Shown here: positions 1 through 6,997 of the stretch, piece after piece
How positions within the stretch are numbered: position 1 is the first letter of the stretch
Layout: every line of letters starts with the position of its first letter
Source of the DNA: a virus
Taxonomy: Duplodnaviria; Caudoviricetes
Length of the DNA stretch: 53,647 nucleotides
IMG/VR virus record: IMGVR_UViG_3300010354_000120
Coordinates: 1 to 53,647 of that record
Reading direction: 5' to 3' (one strand)
Notes under the pieces: model-generated
Database searches by the model: none
What the model was told of the DNA's origin: nothing
Seen by the model: only the letters and a program-made list of their open reading frames with translations
Translations under genes and position numbers: made by a program

Positions 1-1
1 A

Positions 2-160
2 TCTGTGAGAAATGGTGGGCTTTATGGCGGGGGTGGAGGAGGTATGGATAATGGTAATGGTGGCACTGGAGCATCCGGAGCAATAAAAATTATCTGGGCA
101 AGTGTAAATGCTGGGATTGCTAGGACATATCCAACCACAAATGCCAGAGATTTGCCGTAA
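2..160 (+). CDS. C-terminal end of a glycine-rich tail/virion protein (5' truncated by window edge)
   Basis: Frame 2 reads SVRNGGLYGGGGGGMDNGNGGTGASGAIKIIW...RTYPTTNARDLP*; Gly-rich run followed by GAIKIIW is typical of cyanophage Gly-rich tail protein C-termini. Confidence 0.7.
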   Translation, partial: SVRNGGLYGGGGGGMDNGNGGTGASGAIKIIWASVNAGIARTYPTTNARDLP

Positions 161-196
161 TTTTTACAATAAATAAAACATGCGCAACCCTCAAAT

Positions 197-225
197 TTGA
201 CAGCAGAACGTTCTCATGCTATACT
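197..225 (+). promoter_or_regulatory. sigma70-type promoter
   Basis: TTGACA(197-202)-17 nt-TATACT(220-225) with extended -10 TG. Confidence 0.85.
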
Positions 226-246
226 ACTGGTAGTCCCTTAGGTAAT

Positions 247-486
247 ATGAATAAGGAACTTTTAGAGAAAATTGAATACTTTGTGAATGAATTAAATTGG
301 TCCGAGAATGACGAAATAGACATTCAGATTGGTGGATGTGCTTCAAGTGGTTTATCCGCAAGCGATACTGCAAATTCAAAATGGCATCGATCATATGGAT
401 CCACAGTATATCAAAATGACGCATTTATTGTAATTAAGAATAAGAGTAGAAGTCCTGTCATTCGGACAAATTCACAACAACAATAA
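247..486 (+). CDS. hypothetical protein
   Basis: 79-aa ORF directly downstream of the promoter, co-oriented with the operon. Confidence 0.75.
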   Translation: MNKELLEKIEYFVNELNWSENDEIDIQIGGCASSGLSASDTANSKWHRSYGSTVYQNDAFIVIKNKSRSPVIRTNSQQQ

Positions 487-490
487 ACAT

Positions 491-862
491 ATGCCACTCT
501 ATAACTCTTCCGGGGATTATTTGTTCAATCTCCAAGCATGTTCTTCAGCAGAAGCTAAAAGAATGTGGAGGAATGAGATAAAAGAAAAATGGAATCATGA
601 ATGTGCGTATTGTGGATCTAATGATGAATTAACACTTGACCATATCATTCCTCTTGCCAAAGGAGGTGTTGATTATACACATAATGTTCTTTGTAGTTGC
701 AGAAAATGCAATTCTGATAAGGGACATACCCCCTGGAGAGAGTGGTATGGAAGTCAAGAATTTTTCTCATATGAGAGAATGGAAAAAATAGAAGAGTGGA
801 CCAGACCACCAAGACCATCAAATTTATATACTTACCGACAAAGGAGAAATAATGCATCATGA
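491..862 (+). CDS. HNH endonuclease
   Basis: CAYCG...LTLDHIIPLAKGG...NVLCSCRKCNSDKG, HNH/zinc-binding signature. Confidence 0.92.
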   Translation: MPLYNSSGDYLFNLQACSSAEAKRMWRNEIKEKWNHECAYCGSNDELTLDHIIPLAKGGVDYTHNVLCSCRKCNSDKGHTPWREWYGSQEFFSYERMEKIEEWTRPPRPSNLYTYRQRRNNAS

Positions 863-1101
863 GGTTCACAGTTTATGCTAAGGATGGTTGTGTATATTGT
901 GACAAGATTAAAACAATCTTTAATCTTGCTGAAATAGACTACGTTGCATATACATTGGAGAGTGGAGCGTTCACTTATAATCAATTTGTTGAAGTTTTTG
1001 GTGAAGATGCTACATTCCCTCAGGTTGTTTTGAACGATACTCAATCTTTAGGTGGATGTCACCAAACAATTAAATACCTACGCGAAAATAATGTACTTTA
1101 A
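859..1101 (+). CDS. nrdC: glutaredoxin (T4 NrdC-like)
   Basis: YAKDGCVYCDK (CxxC), TFPQV cis-Pro motif, LGGC. Confidence 0.9.
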   Translation: MRFTVYAKDGCVYCDKIKTIFNLAEIDYVAYTLESGAFTYNQFVEVFGEDATFPQVVLNDTQSLGGCHQTIKYLRENNVL

Positions 1102-1316
1102 TGTCTATTGAAAAACACAATAAATCTGGAATAAATAAAAGAGAACAAAATCATGATATTGATCGTGGTTTTGAGTTCATGCTAAGAAAAAAGAAAGGGA
1201 GGGACCAGCAAGATCAACCAAAAACTTTTCACATAAAGTTTGGCAAAATGGTCTCTCTCTTTTACCGGGAGTTCCATTTCCATTTTGAATTTTCATTTGA
1301 CACTAGAAAACGATAA
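1101..1316 (+). CDS. conserved cyanophage hypothetical protein
   Basis: Coupled to nrdC stop; PKTFHIKFGKMVSLFYREFHF-type C-terminus. Confidence 0.7.
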   Translation: MSIEKHNKSGINKREQNHDIDRGFEFMLRKKKGRDQQDQPKTFHIKFGKMVSLFYREFHFHFEFSFDTRKR

Positions 1317-1332
1317 CTCTCTGGGGGAAGTC

Positions 1333-1575
1333 ATGTTAGCACTAACTCTGACCATTACAACTTTAATTTCAATAATGTTCTTTTTCGTTGGAGGTGTAGT
1401 AGGATGGTTGACAAAGCAACATTTCTACGAAAAGGCGTACTTATCATCTTTGCCAGTAACTCATCCAGAAATGTTTGATAGTGATGGAAATTTAATCCCA
1501 GATGAAATTATAGCAATCCGATTTGAAAATACAGACGATTATGACTACAACTACGACGAAGAAGAGAACGACTAG
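1333..1575 (+). CDS. membrane-anchored cyanophage protein (DUF2973-like)
   Basis: ATG at 1333 after GGGGAAG; N-terminal TM helix, HPEMFDSDGN motif, acidic tail. Confidence 0.75.
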   Translation: MLALTLTITTLISIMFFFVGGVVGWLTKQHFYEKAYLSSLPVTHPEMFDSDGNLIPDEIIAIRFENTDDYDYNYDEEEND

Positions 1576-2110
1576 AAAACCAGTATCGCTAGACCTGCCG
1601 ATAAATCCATTTGTATTTGAGGTTCTGGAACTGGCGTCAAAGCAAAGAAGTAAAGCTTTAAAGGTGGAAGTTCTGCGCAAGTATGAGCATCCATCTTTAA
1701 AGTCTCTTTTTATTTGGAATTTTGATCCAAGTGTGGTTTCCATGCTTCCAGATGGACCGGTTCCTTATTCTGACATTACTAAACAAACAGTTAATTCTGG
1801 AACGCTTAGTGAGAATGTGTCCAGGGGATTGGACATAAGAGATGCTCAGTCACAGGATTTGAAGGGTGATGGGAGAACTTCATTGCGCAATGAATATGTC
1901 CATCTCTACAATTTTGTGAGGGGTGGAAACAATACACTCTCTCAGATTCGCAGAGAGACTATGTTCATCAGTATTGTTGAGGCACTTCATCCTAGGGAAG
2001 CAGAGGTTGTTTGTTTGGTAAAGGATAAGAAACTCACCGACAAATATAATATTCCATTTGAGGTTGTGAAGGAAGCATATTTGGATATTCAATGGGGAAA
2101 TCGCTCTTGA
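1541..2110 (+). CDS. conserved T4-like cyanophage hypothetical protein
   Basis: LPINPFVFEVLELASKQRSK...RRETMFISIVEALHPREAEV; long ORF in conserved gene block. Confidence 0.8.
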   Translation: MTTTTTKKRTTRKPVSLDLPINPFVFEVLELASKQRSKALKVEVLRKYEHPSLKSLFIWNFDPSVVSMLPDGPVPYSDITKQTVNSGTLSENVSRGLDIRDAQSQDLKGDGRTSLRNEYVHLYNFVRGGNNTLSQIRRETMFISIVEALHPREAEVVCLVKDKKLTDKYNIPFEVVKEAYLDIQWGNRS

Positions 2111-2126
2111 TCTAATTTAAATTATT

Positions 2127-2414
2127 ATGAATGAATTAAATCCAAAGGATTATAGTTGTCAGGTTCTCCTAGAGAAAACTACGTTAGAACGGGCAAAGGA
2201 TACGTCATATCCAAATGATGCATATTTAATTTGGTATGTAGTTGATGGTGTGGAGTATATTGATTTAACTCGCGCACATAAAAGAGTGAACTTGTTTGAT
2301 TATTATTACGATAAATATGGACCCGGAGCAGTTCGAAAAATTGATTTTGGGTATGGAAGATCCAATCCAAAGACCTGGGGATGTGCTCCTAAGATTAAAG
2401 GTAAGAAAAAATGA
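2127..2414 (+). CDS. conserved cyanophage hypothetical protein
   Basis: 95-aa ORF, PNDAYLIWY...FDYYYDKYG...GYGRSNPKTW. Confidence 0.8.
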   Translation: MNELNPKDYSCQVLLEKTTLERAKDTSYPNDAYLIWYVVDGVEYIDLTRAHKRVNLFDYYYDKYGPGAVRKIDFGYGRSNPKTWGCAPKIKGKKK

Positions 2415-2608
2415 CTGAAGGAAGTGGTGGGTTTGGTGCAAAAGACCCAAATGTTATTATTCATACGGATGAAGTTGGAAAACTTCTTCGAAGTTATAAA
2501 AAGGTCAAGAGATATATGCGATCTAGCATATATGATGTAAAGAAGATGGATGGAACTGAAACTATGGTATCAGATCTATTAGATAAGTATTATGATCCGG
2601 ATGTCTGA
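2411..2608 (+). CDS. hypothetical protein
   Basis: ATGA overlap with previous ORF. Confidence 0.75.
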   Translation: MTEGSGGFGAKDPNVIIHTDEVGKLLRSYKKVKRYMRSSIYDVKKMDGTETMVSDLLDKYYDPDV

Positions 2609-2610
2609 CA

Positions 2611-2940
2611 ATGTTGGGAAAACATTACCTATTAAATCTCTATGATTGCCCCTTTCATCTTTTAAACGATGAAAGGTTTCTTATTGATTTACTGGAGAAC
2701 GCAGCATCTGCGAGTGGGGCAACGGTAGTCCAGACAATCTTCAAAAAATTTGATCCACAGGGTGTAACTGTATTAACTCTTTTGGAAGAAAGTCACATTT
2801 CAATTCACACTTGGCCGGAAACTGGTGAAGCAGCTGTTGACATTTTTACATGCGGAGATGCGAATCCTAAGGTCGGATGTGATATAATTTGTATTCAGTT
2901 GAAATCTGAAAATCACAATATGAGTTACATCGAAAGATAA
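2611..2940 (+). CDS. speD: S-adenosylmethionine decarboxylase proenzyme (pyruvoyl-dependent)
   Basis: GKH, FDPQGVT, LEESHISIHTWPE (E|S autocleavage site), DIFTCG. Confidence 0.93.
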   Translation: MLGKHYLLNLYDCPFHLLNDERFLIDLLENAASASGATVVQTIFKKFDPQGVTVLTLLEESHISIHTWPETGEAAVDIFTCGDANPKVGCDIICIQLKSENHNMSYIER

Positions 2941-2975
2941 CTTAATGGGATTTGGTATAAGATTGATACTATTTT

Positions 2976-2989
2976 GTATAAATTGCTAC
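2976..2989. promoter_or_regulatory. putative NtcA-binding box
   Basis: GTA-TAAATTGC-TAC = GTA-N8-TAC; imperfect second copy GTA-N9-TAC at 2955-2969; lies just upstream of glutamine aptamers. Confidence 0.6.
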
Positions 2990-3007
2990 TAAAAATCAGG
3001 ATTTCGA

Positions 3008-3015
3008 CATAAATA
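3008..3015 (+). promoter_or_regulatory. T4-type late promoter variant
   Basis: CATAAATA (consensus TATAAATA) about 10 nt before the aptamer start. Confidence 0.55.
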
Positions 3016-3025
3016 TATTTGCAAT

Positions 3026-3295
3026 CGTTCATTTACTCTACGGAGTAAACGGAAGTAAGGAGACAGAAGGAACGTAGACGTTCATTACTATCATGTTCGA
3101 AATAGCTCTTCCACTAGTGCTCTCATGTTCCCAGGCAAATATTCTAATGATTAGAATATATGGCAAGGATTATCCGCCAAGAATTGAAAGGGAATTGTTT
3201 AGAGAGATTAAAGATCTCTCACCAAAATGGTGCGAGTGGAGACTCTGGAATGATGCTTAAATGATAGTAACGGAAGTATGCCGCCTGAAGGAACG
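3026..3295 (+). ncRNA. tandem/interlocked glutamine riboswitch (glnA RNA motif-like), two aptamer units
   Basis: Two copies of CGTTCA-[P2 stem]-CGGAAGTA-N8-GAAGGAACG (3026-3074 and 3079-3295); P2a TTTACTC-TACG-GAGTAAA; P2b TTACTATCAT(3085-3094)/ATGATAGTAA(3261-3270); upstream of a DUF4278-type gene. Confidence 0.85.
3093..3260 (+). CDS. 55-aa small protein nested in the P2 loop of the second glutamine aptamer
   Basis: MFEIALPLVLSCSQANILMIRIYGKDYPPRIERELFREIKDLSPKWCEWRLWNDA*; resembles 44080..44271 (LSCSxA...RExI...C). Confidence 0.75.
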   Translation: MFEIALPLVLSCSQANILMIRIYGKDYPPRIERELFREIKDLSPKWCEWRLWNDA

Positions 3296-3326
3296 CTCTT
3301 TTGTTTAGAGCATAGGAGTAACCAAA

Positions 3327-3503
3327 ATGGCAAGAGCTTGTTATCGTGGTGTTTGGTATGACACTGAAACACCCAAGAAGGAATTTGTGGAATGGCATCG
3401 GAATGTTGATGCAAAAGATCATTCATATCGTGGACAGCATTATTATCCCATTCAAACTATGACTGAGGATACTAAAAAGAAAATTTACAAAGGTATGTTC
3501 TAA
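3327..3503 (+). CDS. DUF4278-type small protein (IF17/GifB N-terminal-like)
   Basis: MARACYRGVWYDT...HSYRGQHY, two YRG motifs; SD AGGAG at 3314-3318; downstream of glutamine aptamers. Confidence 0.8.
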   Translation: MARACYRGVWYDTETPKKEFVEWHRNVDAKDHSYRGQHYYPIQTMTEDTKKKIYKGMF

Positions 3504-3616
3504 TGGCAAACGCACTACAGGTAATCGGTGGTATTACACTATTGCAGGTTGTGTTTATATGCTCAATCTCATTCTTTGTATGCAAAATTTGTCCCAACGT
3601 AAGAGGTAAAAAATGA
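3503..3616 (+). CDS. 37-aa hydrophobic micro-protein
   Basis: MANALQVIGGITLLQVVFICSISFFVCKICPNVRGKK*, TAATG coupling to the DUF4278 ORF. Confidence 0.55.
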   Translation: MANALQVIGGITLLQVVFICSISFFVCKICPNVRGKK

Positions 3617-3717
3617 TTACAAATTCTCTAGTTCCACTTCTTATTATCCGCAACAAAATTAATAAAGATAAGAAACTGAAGGATGCTCAACTAATCAGAG
3701 CAATGCAAACCAAATAA
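3613..3717 (+). CDS. 34-aa basic micro-protein
   Basis: MITNSLVPLLIIRNKINKDKKLKDAQLIRAMQTK*, SD GAGG and ATGA overlap; ends just before the terminator. Confidence 0.55.
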   Translation: MITNSLVPLLIIRNKINKDKKLKDAQLIRAMQTK

Positions 3718-3724
3718 ATTTTCT

Positions 3725-3751
3725 GGGGGTCTTGACACCCCCTATTTTTTT
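3725..3751 (+). terminator. intrinsic terminator
   Basis: GGGGGT-CTTGAC-ACCCCC followed by TATTTTTTT. Confidence 0.8.
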
Positions 3752-3760
3752 GTGTATACT
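3732..3760 (+). promoter_or_regulatory. sigma70-type promoter embedded in the terminator
   Basis: TTGACA(3732-3737)-17-TATACT(3755-3760). Confidence 0.85.
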
Positions 3761-3781
3761 GATAGTAGTTTCTGGAGGACC

Positions 3782-3976
3782 ATGAACGCTGATAAATTAG
3801 AAAGGATACGTCTCATATGCAAGAATATGAACGTTCTGATTTCTTGTTTGGAAAAGGAACTTGGTGGTATTGAAGATGACTCCGAACCTGAAGAGGGTCT
3901 AACTTTTGCCTCACTATATCAGAACGAATCTTGCGTATATTATCCAGATGACTATGATGAAGTATTTAACGACTGA
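3782..3976 (+). CDS. hypothetical protein
   Basis: SD GGAGG before ATG 3782; acidic DDYDEVF C-terminus. Confidence 0.75.
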   Translation: MNADKLERIRLICKNMNVLISCLEKELGGIEDDSEPEEGLTFASLYQNESCVYYPDDYDEVFND

Positions 3977-3985
3977 GGGAGTAGA

Positions 3986-4738
3986 ATGAAGCCAGTAAAA
4001 GCAAAGGACCTTGTTGAACTTGATGGACATATGGGCGTTGTTGCCCTTCAGAAAACGCCTCTTCCGCAAACAGTAATTTGGCAGGCAGGTAAGAATGATT
4101 ACAGTGAGGACCCCATTCATACCAAGAAACCTCCAAATGAAACTAAATCGGGTGAGTGGGTCATTGAGCAACTTCTAGCAAATGATCGCGGTCACTGGGG
4201 ACCTCTGGAGCACCCAGCAATTACTTTTGATTGCTATGGGTTCGTTCACAATGTTCCAATGCAAGCACGAACTCACCGAGTTGGTGTATCCTTTGATGTT
4301 CAATCTCAAAGATATACTGGTCGTCGTGTTATGAAAGTTGCTAAAGGAGAACTCAAACCAGAAGAGGTATTTTATGTTCGCCCTCCTGGTCTCTATTTGG
4401 ACCGTAAGGGGCACAAATACGAGTGGACACACAAGGACTACCAATGTGAGTTATGTCGCTGTGTAGAAGCATCTGCGCACTACTCAGACGGTTATGAGAG
4501 GGGTATGGCAGAGGAGCACCTGAGGGATTATCTACCACAGAACATTCGCCAGAACTTTGTAGTCTCATTCTCTCTGAGAGCAGCACTTCACTTCCTGGAT
4601 CTTCGTGCTAAACTGGATGCACAATTGGAAATTCAGGCATTATGTGAGTGCATGGTTCCTGTGATTAAGGATTGGGTTCCGGAAGTGTTTAGTTACTATG
4701 AAACAAAACGTTTACATAAAGCAAGACTGTCTCCATGA
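3986..4738 (+). CDS. thyX: FAD-dependent thymidylate synthase
   Basis: GHWGPLEH, RTHRVGVSFDVQSQRY ThyX motif, LHFLDLRAKLDAQLEIQ. Confidence 0.93.
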   Translation: MKPVKAKDLVELDGHMGVVALQKTPLPQTVIWQAGKNDYSEDPIHTKKPPNETKSGEWVIEQLLANDRGHWGPLEHPAITFDCYGFVHNVPMQARTHRVGVSFDVQSQRYTGRRVMKVAKGELKPEEVFYVRPPGLYLDRKGHKYEWTHKDYQCELCRCVEASAHYSDGYERGMAEEHLRDYLPQNIRQNFVVSFSLRAALHFLDLRAKLDAQLEIQALCECMVPVIKDWVPEVFSYYETKRLHKARLSP

Positions 4739-4938
4739 TCAAATCAATTACTGATGAAATTACTGGTATGAAATCATACTTCTTCAAAGACAATCTAACT
4801 GGTCATACATTTAAAATTCTTGCAACGGAAGAAGAGGTTCAAAAGTTATTTCGCTCAAATCCGGATTTAGAACCTGCTGATATCTCAGATTATTTGGCAG
4901 AAGAATCTACATCCATATATCTTGATACATTTGAATAA
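4735..4938 (+). CDS. hypothetical protein
   Basis: ATGA overlap with thyX. Confidence 0.65.
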   Translation: MIKSITDEITGMKSYFFKDNLTGHTFKILATEEEVQKLFRSNPDLEPADISDYLAEESTSIYLDTFE

Positions 4939-4964
4939 ATAAACGTAACATATAATTCTTAATT

Positions 4965-5207
4965 ATGCCGATATATCCTGTAAAGAATTTGAAGACAGGT
5001 GAGACGCAAGAACTTACTATGTCTTTAAGTGACTATGAAAATTGGCGAAAGGAAAATCCGGATTGGGATAAGGATTGGTCCGCTGGGGTTGCTGGCGTCG
5101 GGGAGGTAGGCGACTGGCAAAATAAACTAATCCAAAAACATCCGGGTTGGAATGATGTGCTTCACCGGGCATCAAAAATGCCAGGATCCAGAGTAAAACC
5201 CTTCTAA
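4965..5207 (+). CDS. conserved cyanophage hypothetical (FmdB-like N-terminus) upstream of phoH
   Basis: MPIYPVKNLKTGE...YENWRKENPDW...PGWNDVL. Confidence 0.85.
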   Translation: MPIYPVKNLKTGETQELTMSLSDYENWRKENPDWDKDWSAGVAGVGEVGDWQNKLIQKHPGWNDVLHRASKMPGSRVKPF

Positions 5208-5216
5208 GTTAAAATA

Positions 5217-5975
5217 ATGGCAAGAAAAAGAAAGTCTACATCACAGCAACCAATTGGTGTTGGTATGACAGCAAAACAATTGAAGAGAAAGAAACCAATC
5301 AACTTAGATCTACTTTTAGAAATTGAACCTCTAACAGACAATCAGGAAAAATTGTTTGATGCTTATGATGCAGGAAAGCATGTAGTTGCATACGGAGTAG
5401 CGGGCACGGGTAAAACTTTTATCACTCTCTATAATGCAATTCAGGATGTCTTAGATGAAAAGACACCATATGAAAAAATCTACCTAGTAAGATCTCTTGT
5501 CGCAACAAGAGAGATTGGATTCCTTCCGGGTGATCATGAAGACAAATCTTCTCTCTATCAAATTCCATATAAGAACATGGTAAAATACATGTTCCAAATG
5601 CCCAGCGATGCTGACTTCGAAATGCTGTATGGAAATCTGAAGACGCAGGGAACGATTAGTTTTTGGAGCACTTCTTTTATTCGTGGAACTACTCTGGATA
5701 ATTCCATCATCATCGTGGATGAGTTTCAGAATTTGAACTTTCATGAACTGGATTCTATTATTACTCGCGTTGGCGAAAATAGTAAAATCATGTTCTGTGG
5801 AGATGCTTCACAATCAGATCTCATCAAGACCAATGAGAAGAATGGCATCATTGATTTCATGAGAATTCTTCGCACTATGCCTTCTATGGCATTGGTTGAA
5901 TTTGGCATTGATGATATTGTAAGATCTGGCATCTGTAAAGAGTATATTATTGCAAAAACTGAATTGGGACTTTGA
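5217..5975 (+). CDS. phoH: PhoH-family ATPase
   Basis: Walker A GVAGTGKT, IGFLPGD, RGTTLDNSIIIVDEFQN, CGDASQSDL. Confidence 0.97.
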   Translation: MARKRKSTSQQPIGVGMTAKQLKRKKPINLDLLLEIEPLTDNQEKLFDAYDAGKHVVAYGVAGTGKTFITLYNAIQDVLDEKTPYEKIYLVRSLVATREIGFLPGDHEDKSSLYQIPYKNMVKYMFQMPSDADFEMLYGNLKTQGTISFWSTSFIRGTTLDNSIIIVDEFQNLNFHELDSIITRVGENSKIMFCGDASQSDLIKTNEKNGIIDFMRILRTMPSMALVEFGIDDIVRSGICKEYIIAKTELGL

Positions 5976-6658
5976 TGACTTTTAATCATGTTGAGTTGAA
6001 TCTCCCTTCGATTGAAAGGGAGACTATAGATGGCATTCGTTATTATAAAGTCTCCGACACAGAAAATGTGCTTCGGAGACTAGTCTCCATCACATCAGTA
6101 ATCAGTCATTTCAATCGCGAAACATTTGCTTCGTGGAGAAGGCGGGTTGGTGATGCAGAGGCAGATAAAATCACAAGACTGGCGACAAGTCGGGGAACTG
6201 ATATGCATACTCTGGTAGAGATGTATTTGAAGAACCTCGACTGCCCTTCTAATATTCTTCCAATCTCAGAAATGCTGTTTCAGATGTCTGTGCCCACACT
6301 GAAACGTATAAATAATATACGTGCTCTTGAGGGAGCACTCTATAGCACATATCTTGGTGTAGCTGGAACCGTCGATTGTATTGCTGAATTTGATGGCGAA
6401 CTAGCGATTATAGATTTCAAAACGTCCAAAAAACCAAAACCACGTGAGTGGATCGAGCATTATTTTGTCCAGTGTTGCGCATATGCATGTATGTTGCATG
6501 AAATGACTGGCATTTCCGTCAAAAAGTTTGTGATCATCATGGCATGTGAAAACGGCGAAGTCGCTGTTTACGAAGAATATGACAAGAAAAAATATTTGAA
6601 AATGTTAGTTCAATACATTAAGAATTTTGTCGAAACAGCATCTGAACAATACGCTTGA
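5972..6658 (+). CDS. PD-(D/E)XK exonuclease (cyanophage exonuclease)
   Basis: SITSVI, RGTDMH, AGTVDCIAE...IIDFKTS, QCCAYA. Confidence 0.9.
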   Translation: MMTFNHVELNLPSIERETIDGIRYYKVSDTENVLRRLVSITSVISHFNRETFASWRRRVGDAEADKITRLATSRGTDMHTLVEMYLKNLDCPSNILPISEMLFQMSVPTLKRINNIRALEGALYSTYLGVAGTVDCIAEFDGELAIIDFKTSKKPKPREWIEHYFVQCCAYACMLHEMTGISVKKFVIIMACENGEVAVYEEYDKKKYLKMLVQYIKNFVETASEQYA

Positions 6659-6683
6659 CGGACGCGGCATTATATGTTAAACT
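6655..6683 (+). promoter_or_regulatory. sigma70-type promoter for gp33
   Basis: TTGACG-17-TAAACT with extended -10 TG. Confidence 0.55.
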
Positions 6684-6731
6684 TGAGTGAGTCATATAGG
6701 TATCAAATTGCACGTAACAGTCCTAGGGTAC

Positions 6732-6989
6732 ATGGAAGAAGATCTAAAAGAAGCACTTGAAAAGAAGTTTTTCTGCTCATCAAAATTTGCTCAAGAAATT
6801 GAGATTTTGGTCAGGGATAATATTGATATGAGTTATATCGATGCGATCATATATTTTTGTGAGGTAAACTCTCTTGACTTAGAATCAATCCCTAAGTTGA
6901 TTTCAAAACCCCTGAAAGAAAAGATTAAATATGAGGCGATGGAATTGAATTTCCTGAAGAGAACTTCTCATGCCAAACTTCCGATATGA
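6732..6989 (+). CDS. gp33: late promoter transcription coactivator
   Basis: KFAQEIE...SYIDAIIYFCE...PKLISKPLKEKIKYEAMELNFLK; synteny before gp59. Confidence 0.9.
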   Translation: MEEDLKEALEKKFFCSSKFAQEIEILVRDNIDMSYIDAIIYFCEVNSLDLESIPKLISKPLKEKIKYEAMELNFLKRTSHAKLPI

Positions 6990-6997
6990 TGTTGTGA

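Noticed and set aside
491-862. Intron-encoded homing endonuclease or self-splicing intron
   Set aside because: Free-standing, coupled to flanking intact genes; no interrupted gene or intron core visible
3208-3426. Minus-strand ORFs 3208..3426 and 3219..3422 from the ORF track
   Set aside because: Antisense to the aptamer and DUF4278 gene; the plus strand has SD, motifs and coupling
5972-6658. cas4 of a CRISPR-Cas system
   Set aside because: Standard cyanophage exonuclease in phoH-gp33 synteny; no Fe-S Cys cluster pattern, cas genes or array
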